DNA from: a virus
Lineage: Duplodnaviria; Caudoviricetes
DNA: 27,349 nt
Reading direction: 5' to 3' (one strand)
Virus record (IMG/VR): IMGVR_UViG_3300010398_000035
Location: 1 to 27,349 of that record
Under the pieces are notes generated by a model. That model was given only the letters and a program-made list of their open reading frames with translations. It had not been told where the DNA came from and did no database searches. The position numbers and the translations under genes were made by a program. This document shows positions 1 to 8,242 of the stretch, in pieces; the first letter of the stretch is position 1, and each line of letters opens with the position of its first letter.

Positions 1-1
1 C

Positions 2-391
2 ATGGGACAGGGTTTAGGTCCATTTTTCTATCCTGGTGTTGGTGATCCTGGCTTTGGTGGTGGTGGAAGAAAAACATACAGATTCAGTAGTGCAATGATA
101 GAGCGAGCGCACAATACTGATCCTGGCGACGGCATGTCATGTGAAACTGTATCTAATGCTATTTCACTAGATTACAACCGAACGTTAGTAACAGGTTCAC
201 TTACAACATTTCTGGATGACCCCGTTGGACTTGCACAAACTCATACAGTGTTGTTACCGAGTCACGGTGTAAGTGAACCGTTGTGGGTACAGAGTGTAGA
301 TATAACAATTGACCAGAATGGTTTCAGACAACGCATTGGTTATTTAGGTGGTGGTGTAGTTGATGGTCAATTGCCCGATCCTCCTGGCTGA
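2..391 (+). CDS. C-terminal part of probable tail/baseplate hub protein (likely 5'-truncated by window edge)
   Basis: Open from window edge; C-terminal 'LWVQSVDITIDQNGFRQRI' beta-hairpin pattern typical of tail hub ends; lies upstream of tail fibre genes. Confidence 0.5.
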   Translation: MGQGLGPFFYPGVGDPGFGGGGRKTYRFSSAMIERAHNTDPGDGMSCETVSNAISLDYNRTLVTGSLTTFLDDPVGLAQTHTVLLPSHGVSEPLWVQSVDITIDQNGFRQRIGYLGGGVVDGQLPDPPG

Positions 392-405
392 CGGCTTAGT
401 TTAAT

Positions 406-960
406 ATGCCAACACTAGCACAATCAGTAAACACAATCCGTAGTTGGAGCACACAGGCACGGCCTGTTGATATTGCTCAAACTGCGTCTGTGAATTTTGT
501 GTTTGACGGTGCTGGTCAAGCACTTACACCTAACGCTCAACTTACATGTGCTGTTGGTTTCTCAGGTAGGTTAACCGCAGTACGTGTGTTGGGTGCATAT
601 ACCTCTACAACAACTGATCCAACGCTAGGCTTAGCTACTATTGAAATAGCTATAGGTACTTTCACTGACTACCCACAACTGTATAACATGTACGGTGCTG
701 ACACTACCGAACGGCCTGGAATTGTTGGTACTGTCAATCCGTTCAAAACTGACATGGCGTTTGATTTGTGGATTCAGTATGTAAGTATCAATGACATACT
801 GAGAGCTAGGCTCACCGCTGTGAGTGGTGGACTAACTAGCGTCACACTTTCACTTCTATTCAGAAGACTCCCTGGTGCTGGATTTGGTTCCATTCAGTTA
901 GAAGCTGGTGGTAGTGAGCTAGTCACAGCAGCAGGCGATGCAATTATACTAAGACAGTAA
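406..960 (+). CDS. Virion tail-associated beta-sandwich protein
   Basis: 184 aa; 'VNFVFDGAGQALT...TIEIAIGTFTDYP...DILRARLTAVSGGLTSVTLSL' resembles small phage tail-accessory domains; position in structural operon. Confidence 0.6.
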   Translation: MPTLAQSVNTIRSWSTQARPVDIAQTASVNFVFDGAGQALTPNAQLTCAVGFSGRLTAVRVLGAYTSTTTDPTLGLATIEIAIGTFTDYPQLYNMYGADTTERPGIVGTVNPFKTDMAFDLWIQYVSINDILRARLTAVSGGLTSVTLSLLFRRLPGAGFGSIQLEAGGSELVTAAGDAIILRQ

Positions 961-976
961 CTTTAGAGTAGAGAGT

Positions 977-3880
977 ATGCCAACAACAATTCACTCCAAC
1001 CTTATTCAACCAGATGCAATTCATCAGGCTGCGTTTGTACAAACAACTGACCCTGGTGCAGTTGGTGCAAACAAGTTTTGGGTAAATACAACTGGCTCTG
1101 CACCTTACACGCTAAGAAAACGTAATGCAGCTAATACAGGTTGGGATGTTATTGGTTCTACAGGTGCGGGTACTGTAACTAGTGTTGGTCTAGCCGTGCC
1201 TGCTGATAAAGCTGTAAGTGGTAGCCCTGTTACTGGCTCAGGCACAATTACGATTACTGACAACACACAAAGTCCAAACTTATTCAAAGCTGGACCTACT
1301 TCTGGTGCTGCTGCTACTCCATCATACCGTGCAATAGTACCTGCTGATTTACCGGTATTTGTTGCATCGGGTGCTTCACATGCACGTGGTGCTGTACCTG
1401 ATCCTGGCTCAACTGCTGCAACTACTCACTATTTACGTGAAGATGCTACTTGGCAAATACCCCCAAGTGCTAGTGTTATGGTTGCTAGTGGTGCAAGCCA
1501 CGCAGCAGGACTCGTACCTGATCCTGGTGCAACAGCGGCGACAACACATTACTTACGCGAAGATGCGACTTGGCAAATACCACCTAGTGCAAGCGATATG
1601 GTTGCGTCAGGTGCTTCACACGCACATGGATTAGCACCTGATCCTGGCGCAGTAGCCGGTACAACTAAATTCTTACGTGAAGATGCTACGTGGGCTGTAC
1701 CTGCTGGTGGTGGAGGTGGTGGAACTACAGGTGCAATGGTTCCTATTCAAACACAGAATCCAGTCAGTATAAGTGCTTTGACTTTTAATGTGCCGTCTGG
1801 ATACAAGAGTCTTAGAATCACTGGCATTGCTAGAAGTGATAATGCTTCCAGCACTGTAACTGCTTCGCTCAGGTTCAATGGGGATACTGGTACTAACTAT
1901 TTCAATCAAGTATTTCAAGCATCTGGTACTACTGGTGGTGGTGCTGATGGCAATGCTACCGCGACCTCATCCATTCCTATTGGGGTTGTAAATGCTGCTA
2001 GTGCTCCATCAGGTTACGCAAGTAGTATATATGCTGAAATTCCTAGTTGTAGTGAAACATCCTTCAACAAGAATGTTATATCACGTGGCACTGATCGTTA
2101 TGGAACTTCCAGCGGTAACTTAGAAATACGTTGGGCTGCTGGTCACTGGAACAGTGCTGCTACAATTACATCTATTACTATTCTACTTTCTGGTGGTAGC
2201 TATGTAGCTGGATCTTCATTTACGTTGTGGGGTGAATCTGATGCTGCCCCTGCGTTACTTACTACAAACTCCAACCTCATTAGTGAAATTATTCTGAATG
2301 CTGCCGTAGCTTCTATTAACGTTCCTAACATCGCACAAGGCTACAAAATTGCTAAGATTGAACTGATAACTCGTGGAGATACTGCTGCACAGAATGCTAC
2401 TGTATCCATGCAATTCAATAGTGATACTGGAGCTAATTACAACTATCAGAACTTGCGTGGTTCTGGTAGCGCGGCAGCAGGGACTGCATCAACAACACAA
2501 ACGTCTGGTGGTATTGGATTTGCAACAGCAGCATCTGCAACTGCAAATATATGGACTTCTTTTATTGTAACTCTTCCCGATTATTCACGTTCCGCTTTTG
2601 GTTTCAAAACATGGTTAGCACACTCCGAGGGTTGGGGTGGTAGCGGATCGATGGAAAATGATGTGACTACTGGCTATTGGGCTAGCCAGAATGCAATCAC
2701 ATCAGCTTTGTTCCTCATTAGTGCAGGTAATTTTGTCGCTGGTACAGTTATTCGTGTATATGGTGAACCTGCATCGATGGGTGGACCGAGTGTTGGTACT
2801 GGAACTAAAGCTCGTATCAGTGCCAACCAATCGGTAACTAACGCAGTTGCAACTCTCATTGATTTCGATACTGATGATGTTGATGCTGACAACCAGCACT
2901 ACGTGAGCAATGCTAATCTGACTGGTACAGTAGCGAAAACTGCTGCGAGCGCAACACTTACAGGCACCTCAACCCTATTCACAACTGAGCTAAGTATCGG
3001 TCAAGTTATCATGGTGCCTGGAACGGCGAATGAGAAACGTGTTGTAATTGCAATTGCATCTGCTACGTCACTTACCGTCAATGCTCCATTCGCCAATACT
3101 AATAGTGGTCAAACTGCAACGCGAGTGAGAACTGCATTCGTATTTCGTCAGCCTGGGTTCTATGAAGTTGAAGGCAGTGTTTATTCGGCAGCGATAGCTA
3201 CTGGCAATGCTACGCTCGAAATAGTTCTCAACGATACAACTAGTATCAAGCAACGTGATCAGGTTGGTATCAATGCCAACGCTGGCTACGAAGTAGTTCT
3301 GTTACGTAATTTCCAGCAGTGGGATTTCGTAGAACTACGTTGGACTCAAGGTAGCAGTGGCGCTGTTAACGTTCTCGCTGACGAACGTACTCACCTATCA
3401 ATATCTAGCAAGCCAACTGTTATAGTCGCAATACCTTACATTAACATTCAGGATCAGAAGGCCAATAATACTAGTGGCGGTACCTTTACAAGTGGTGCTT
3501 GGCAGACACGTGATCTAAATACAATTGCAAGTGATACAGCCGGAATAGCTTCTATATCATTGAATCAGTTTACACTATCTCCTGGCACATATCGAATACA
3601 TGCTGAAGTTCCTGCTTATGGGGTAAATGCGCATAAAGCTAGACTTCAGAATATTACAGATTCTGCTACACAACTCCTTGGAACTAGTCAAATGGACCCA
3701 TCACCTGATGGTGGATGTGGACATTCTATTATATCGGGTAAATTTGTCATAACTGCAACAAAATCATTTTCAATACAACATCAATGTCAAACAACTAGAT
3801 CAGGTGCTGGTTTTGGTACTGCCACTAACTTCGGTGTCACAGAAATTTATACCAATGTTGAACTCTGGAAGGAGGGCTGA
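977..3880 (+). CDS. Multi-domain tail fibre / receptor-binding protein
   Basis: 967 aa, Gly/Ala/Ser/Thr-rich; GTVTSVGL motif; three 40-aa repeats with LREDATW knuckle motif; poly-Gly hinge; two tandem 'RFNGDTGTNY...ITSITI...WGE'-type domains and C1q/TNF-like C-terminal domains. Confidence 0.85.
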   Translation: MPTTIHSNLIQPDAIHQAAFVQTTDPGAVGANKFWVNTTGSAPYTLRKRNAANTGWDVIGSTGAGTVTSVGLAVPADKAVSGSPVTGSGTITITDNTQSPNLFKAGPTSGAAATPSYRAIVPADLPVFVASGASHARGAVPDPGSTAATTHYLREDATWQIPPSASVMVASGASHAAGLVPDPGATAATTHYLREDATWQIPPSASDMVASGASHAHGLAPDPGAVAGTTKFLREDATWAVPAGGGGGGTTGAMVPIQTQNPVSISALTFNVPSGYKSLRITGIARSDNASSTVTASLRFNGDTGTNYFNQVFQASGTTGGGADGNATATSSIPIGVVNAASAPSGYASSIYAEIPSCSETSFNKNVISRGTDRYGTSSGNLEIRWAAGHWNSAATITSITILLSGGSYVAGSSFTLWGESDAAPALLTTNSNLISEIILNAAVASINVPNIAQGYKIAKIELITRGDTAAQNATVSMQFNSDTGANYNYQNLRGSGSAAAGTASTTQTSGGIGFATAASATANIWTSFIVTLPDYSRSAFGFKTWLAHSEGWGGSGSMENDVTTGYWASQNAITSALFLISAGNFVAGTVIRVYGEPASMGGPSVGTGTKARISANQSVTNAVATLIDFDTDDVDADNQHYVSNANLTGTVAKTAASATLTGTSTLFTTELSIGQVIMVPGTANEKRVVIAIASATSLTVNAPFANTNSGQTATRVRTAFVFRQPGFYEVEGSVYSAAIATGNATLEIVLNDTTSIKQRDQVGINANAGYEVVLLRNFQQWDFVELRWTQGSSGAVNVLADERTHLSISSKPTVIVAIPYINIQDQKANNTSGGTFTSGAWQTRDLNTIASDTAGIASISLNQFTLSPGTYRIHAEVPAYGVNAHKARLQNITDSATQLLGTSQMDPSPDGGCGHSIISGKFVITATKSFSIQHQCQTTRSGAGFGTATNFGVTEIYTNVELWKEG
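1361..1702 (+). repeat. Three tandem 120-nt (40-aa) coding repeats in tail fibre
   Basis: VASGASHAxGxxPDPGxxAxTTxxLREDATW starting at 1361, 1481 and 1601; 'agatgc' recurs at 1441, 1561, 1681. Confidence 0.95.
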
Positions 3881-6264
3881 TGACAGGGCCGCTTCCTCCA
3901 GATTTTCAGGCTAACATTGAATTTGAAGGTAATGCAGACTGGATAGCTGAGTATGAATATCGGTTACAGATTAGTGGAACTAACCAGAGCACTGTAGTAC
4001 TTCTTGTTTATGTATTTCAAGAGGATACAACTGCTGATCCGTTCCCTGGAGTATATCCTAATCCGTCAGCTACGATAATTAATGAAAGAACCGACCTTCC
4101 AGAACTTGTAACATATTGGGGTACATGGCGGCTTGAGGATGGTACAGGATTAAATACTACAACTCGACCAGCATTGAGTGTACACGTATTCTCATTTCCA
4201 TATGATCCTGCACCTGGGGCTGGTATAACTTTCTTTCCGTCATGGGTTGCAACCATTGTAACTGGTGGAGTGAACGGCTACCCAAATGGCACGTTTACAG
4301 GTAATGCCTACTTACCAGTTCCAGATGATCATTTACCAACAGCTACAGTAGCTGTACTCTTTCTACAAATATACGGCTTCGATAACAATGACTCCCTAAC
4401 TAAATACAGAGGTTTGATAAACGAGGTAATTGTAAATAGTGGTCACAGAGGTGTCATAAACAGTCCAACAGATAAAACTGAGGTAGACACGCCATTCAAA
4501 AGCCTCCTTATTTCGTACACTCTGTTTGAACCTCAAGAACCTTATATCGCTAGAATACAATCCACTGCGATAGAACCCGCCGTTTTTTCTTACACAGGTA
4601 TACTTAACCCTGGCGATTCTGTTGACTATGCTTATACCATCCCTGGCGGCACAATTAATCGTTTCGGCATAGACTATCCTATCCAAATAATTGATCCTAC
4701 TACATCCAGTTTATGGTACAGTCTACTCCTTGCTACAGCTAGTGGTCTATATCCTACTTATATATTGGATATCAGATTCCAAGCAGCGATGGATTCGTTA
4801 GATGGTTCCTTTACCTTGCAAATCCAAGATAGTACAGGTACATGGCATGATCTTACTGTAATCGAGAGAGGCAGTTGGGTTTTTAACAATCCAATGGCTG
4901 AAATGGATATACACCTAACAATCCCTGTAGGTGGACTTACCAAGAGCGGTCACTTCAGAATAACCAATCCTGCTACTAACACTGATCCTGCTACGATAAA
5001 CAACTTTCATTTGCACTGGCCTAGTGTTCACACCACAGAAATAGAACACGATCCTGGCACTAGTGTTTCGTTAACCTTACCTCCATATCCAGCAGATTAC
5101 GATGTGTTTGGTGACAGAGCGGATGCTATTGATGGTGGTACTAAAATACCTTTTATACATCCTAAACCTACAACTGTCAATGTACATGTGGAAGGCCCTG
5201 GTGTAACACCTAGTTATGCATACAACAATGACAGTGTAACGGTTCCAACAGGTAGATTTAATGCTACGAGTCCAGTTAATGTAACTCTCGATCCACAAAT
5301 ATATGCAAGCTACTTAGTTGTAAATTCTACTAACAACACTTATCAAATCAAATTCCATTATGAGAATGTCACATTCAGTCACCCTGGTAGTGGATCACCC
5401 CCTTGGGCACAAATAGAAATACAAGATTCTGCTGGTGCTTGGATACCTCTTACTGGTTCAGGTAATAGCGGTTTCTCTACCACACAAACTTTTACCATAC
5501 ATCTAAGTGCAAATGCATTGCTACCTAATCCACTTCCTGTTCACTGGTTGAATGTTGATTCTTTCGGTGACGCAAGTTTTTTAACTGGAGTAACGGTATA
5601 CTTTCTTCCAGTTCCAGCTTATGATCTCTATTTATGCTTATGGCAAAATCCTGATGTACATTTTGGTGACACAGGTTCAGTTATACAGCATCTCGGTCAA
5701 TTTGCTGTTGACTCATCTCTGACCTTACCTTGGCCTTATATACCTGAACCTTTGGACTGGTACGGATTTACTATATTTGGAACTTCGTCAAACACCAATT
5801 ACGCTGACTTCACATTCACGTATGAAGTACAAGGGGCTGATACAGTTGGTGTAGGCGTACTGAATCATCCTGTGTTTTACGGATATGATCCAGTTGATGA
5901 TACTGTACTCAGTGGCTATGGCCCACTGAGACTCGATACTACTCTACATACATTTCCTCTTCAAAGTCCTGATTGGTCACCACAACTTATTTCACCAATC
6001 GGATATGAACAAGCAAACTACTATTCATTCAACACCATAACAGGAGAATTTGCTAACATACTTCCCTACGGTTATTTCACCTCTGACAATATAAACGTAC
6101 CTAGAGTAGGTATACCCATAACCATGCCATTGGATGGTGGCGTTGGGGAACTACCGTCAATGGTGATCGATCCTATGAACTGGATTACCGTAACGTTTAC
6201 CCTGACTGGTGAGGTGTGGGTAGCTCGGGTTGCAGGTGGAAACAGGGTGATGATAAATGGCTGA
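3880..6264 (+). CDS. Large beta-rich, Pro/Thr/Tyr-rich probable virion protein, function unknown
   Basis: 794-aa ORF, TGATG-coupled to the tail fibre; internal repeated motif LQIQDSTGTW / IEIQDSAGAW; few Lys/Arg. Confidence 0.7.
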   Translation: MTGPLPPDFQANIEFEGNADWIAEYEYRLQISGTNQSTVVLLVYVFQEDTTADPFPGVYPNPSATIINERTDLPELVTYWGTWRLEDGTGLNTTTRPALSVHVFSFPYDPAPGAGITFFPSWVATIVTGGVNGYPNGTFTGNAYLPVPDDHLPTATVAVLFLQIYGFDNNDSLTKYRGLINEVIVNSGHRGVINSPTDKTEVDTPFKSLLISYTLFEPQEPYIARIQSTAIEPAVFSYTGILNPGDSVDYAYTIPGGTINRFGIDYPIQIIDPTTSSLWYSLLLATASGLYPTYILDIRFQAAMDSLDGSFTLQIQDSTGTWHDLTVIERGSWVFNNPMAEMDIHLTIPVGGLTKSGHFRITNPATNTDPATINNFHLHWPSVHTTEIEHDPGTSVSLTLPPYPADYDVFGDRADAIDGGTKIPFIHPKPTTVNVHVEGPGVTPSYAYNNDSVTVPTGRFNATSPVNVTLDPQIYASYLVVNSTNNTYQIKFHYENVTFSHPGSGSPPWAQIEIQDSAGAWIPLTGSGNSGFSTTQTFTIHLSANALLPNPLPVHWLNVDSFGDASFLTGVTVYFLPVPAYDLYLCLWQNPDVHFGDTGSVIQHLGQFAVDSSLTLPWPYIPEPLDWYGFTIFGTSSNTNYADFTFTYEVQGADTVGVGVLNHPVFYGYDPVDDTVLSGYGPLRLDTTLHTFPLQSPDWSPQLISPIGYEQANYYSFNTITGEFANILPYGYFTSDNINVPRVGIPITMPLDGGVGELPSMVIDPMNWITVTFTLTGEVWVARVAGGNRVMING

Positions 6265-6406
6265 ATCCAAAATGAGCATGTCTGGTAAGGTCCAGACAAA
6301 AGTAATCAAGGGTTCTATTAAACCTACTGGCTATGTAGTTACAAAGGAAAGGATGGAGACATGGTTCTCGAAACTCATACGTACACTGACGCTAAAGATA
6401 CACTAA
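6257..6406 (+). CDS. 49-aa ORF not in track (MAESKMSMSGKVQTKVIKG...), possibly the frameshifted N-terminus of the 6361 gene
   Basis: ATG overlaps upstream stop (ATGGCTGA) and fills an otherwise atypical ~100-nt gap; N-terminus resembles internal 'MESQLEATVIRG' of the downstream protein. Confidence 0.5.
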   Translation: MAESKMSMSGKVQTKVIKGSIKPTGYVVTKERMETWFSKLIRTLTLKIH

Positions 6407-7104
6407 CCGTATTCGTCAAAAATGCTTGGGTGCCTGATCCTGTACATGCGTCACTCAAGGAATTCCAGCCTAACACTGAGCTAGGTTTCATTATCAAGCG
6501 GTGCTTTGATTACCTTCCACTACCTCTTGCTTTAGAGTTACTGGATCAAATCAAGGTTAGTATCGTTATGGAATCTCAGTTGGAGGCAACAGTAATTCGA
6601 GGTTGCCCCTCACATCGCTTGACACCATGTGAGTGTGCTCGTGTCGAAGAACACTACGGTGTGGTTAGTCATAAGCTTGTTACTGCTGTTGGTGTCCTTT
6701 ATATCTGTAATAACTTTGCTGCTACTGCGAGCTATTCATTAGGTAACTTCAACTTTCATGGCATCGGTACTGGCGTCACTGCTGAAGCAGCAACTGACCA
6801 AACGTTAGTGACAGAACTTACAACTGAATACAACCCTAATAGCACTCGTGCAACTGGCACTGGTAGAACAGCGGCAGCAGCAGGTAACAATGCGACGTAT
6901 CAGACAATTGGTACGAATACACTTGACTCGGGTACGCCTGCTGTTACAGAACATGGATTATTTACTCAGGCAGCTACAGGCGCTTACGCCGCTCCAGCAA
7001 ATGTACTTCTGGATAGGAGTGTGTTTTCTGCTATTAACCTTGTGGGTGCTAACGGGGATGGACTCCAAACTACTTACACCATTACCGTAAATAGCGGCGG
7101 GTAG
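6361..7104 (+). CDS. Virion structural protein (tail-collar/fibre-attachment-like beta protein)
   Basis: 'KLVTAVGV...HGIGTGVTAEAATDQTLVTE...AVTEHGLF...LLDRSVFSAINL...LQTTYTIT' pattern resembles phage tail-collar (DUF3751-like) domains; AAGGA 7 nt before ATG. Confidence 0.7.
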   Translation: MVLETHTYTDAKDTLTVFVKNAWVPDPVHASLKEFQPNTELGFIIKRCFDYLPLPLALELLDQIKVSIVMESQLEATVIRGCPSHRLTPCECARVEEHYGVVSHKLVTAVGVLYICNNFAATASYSLGNFNFHGIGTGVTAEAATDQTLVTELTTEYNPNSTRATGTGRTAAAAGNNATYQTIGTNTLDSGTPAVTEHGLFTQAATGAYAAPANVLLDRSVFSAINLVGANGDGLQTTYTITVNSGG

Positions 7105-7110
7105 TTAATT

Positions 7111-7308
7111 ATGGACGGATATAAAGCAACACTCCAAGCGACGTTAGACAATGTGACTCAGGAATTCAAGGGAACTGCTGCTGAGGTCAGATTACAACAA
7201 TTCCAGTATCACATGCAGACAGCTATCATGGCATTAGAACACCTGTACGATGAGGCGGATCGTATGCGTGGTCCTAGTGGTGAGGATATTTATAGGAGTA
7301 ACCCATAA
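7111..7308 (+). CDS. Small helical hypothetical protein
   Basis: 65 aa; TAATG-coupled to next gene. Confidence 0.65.
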   Translation: MDGYKATLQATLDNVTQEFKGTAAEVRLQQFQYHMQTAIMALEHLYDEADRMRGPSGEDIYRSNP

Positions 7309-7817
7309 TGAGTCGGTTTGGAGCTAGTGTTGAAAGCCAAACTGCACAAGCAGCAGGCTCACCTGTTACTACAACGTTCAATGGTTATTTCGCTGCTCTT
7401 GTTTCTGGCGCGTCATGTAACTTCACCCTACGTCGATTGGTAATTGGAGTTCGTGCTGGTGCCGCAGTACCCACTAGCCAACAAATGACTATTGAGGTAC
7501 GTCGTCAAACAGTTAGGGTTGCTGGTACGGGCTTTAGCACAGTTACTGGCATCAACTTTGACCCGCGTGGACCTGCTTCTGCTATTACTGGTATTGATAT
7601 TACCACTGCTACTACTGCTGGCACTACTGGTCCTACAACCGGACTCGCCATAAAGAAACTTACATTCAATACTCAAGGTACGCTAGACGTACCGTTTGAA
7701 ACGTTGAATGAATTCCTCTGTGACCAAGGTACAGCCAACGGTATTGCATTTGTGAATATTGGTAACGCACTGCCAGCCTCACACTTATTTACTCTGGATG
7801 CTGAGTGGGAAGAGTAG
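7308..7817 (+). CDS. Small beta-sandwich virion protein
   Basis: 169 aa, Thr/Ala/Gly-rich, ends in 'WEE'; AGGAG upstream; within structural operon. Confidence 0.7.
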   Translation: MSRFGASVESQTAQAAGSPVTTTFNGYFAALVSGASCNFTLRRLVIGVRAGAAVPTSQQMTIEVRRQTVRVAGTGFSTVTGINFDPRGPASAITGIDITTATTAGTTGPTTGLAIKKLTFNTQGTLDVPFETLNEFLCDQGTANGIAFVNIGNALPASHLFTLDAEWEE

Positions 7818-7820
7818 CTC

Positions 7821-8231
7821 ATGCTCTACGTACGTGGATCTTCTTCAGCAGTATTTAGCACACAAAGCTGTAATAACGGCGCGCAGTTAAGTGGAACAGT
7901 AACAGCGAATGCTAGCGCTGAGGAATTATGGGATCAGGTTGATGTACTTCTAAGCATGGCATCTAGTGTTACTACTGGTGCGCCCTGGGTACTTTACCTG
8001 ATTCCTCACACTGCTGATGATGCTACCGCTGGTGATGCTATTACTCCACCGTCAGCTATTTACATGGTAGCATCCTGGCCTGCTAATACAGGTACGAGTG
8101 CTCAACACTTGACCGCTCACGGTATTTCATTACCTCCTGGCAACTTTACCTATATCCTGTATAACAACACTGGACAGAATGCTACAGCTAGCTCTGTGAC
8201 TCTTAATCGAAGGCCATACCACGTAGCTTAG
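7821..8231 (+). CDS. Small beta-sandwich virion protein
   Basis: 136 aa; 'VLYLIP...ISLPPGNFTYILYNNTGQ' pattern of small phage proteins that precede LamG fibre genes. Confidence 0.7.
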   Translation: MLYVRGSSSAVFSTQSCNNGAQLSGTVTANASAEELWDQVDVLLSMASSVTTGAPWVLYLIPHTADDATAGDAITPPSAIYMVASWPANTGTSAQHLTAHGISLPPGNFTYILYNNTGQNATASSVTLNRRPYHVA

Positions 8232-8242
8232 TAGCTTAGTCA

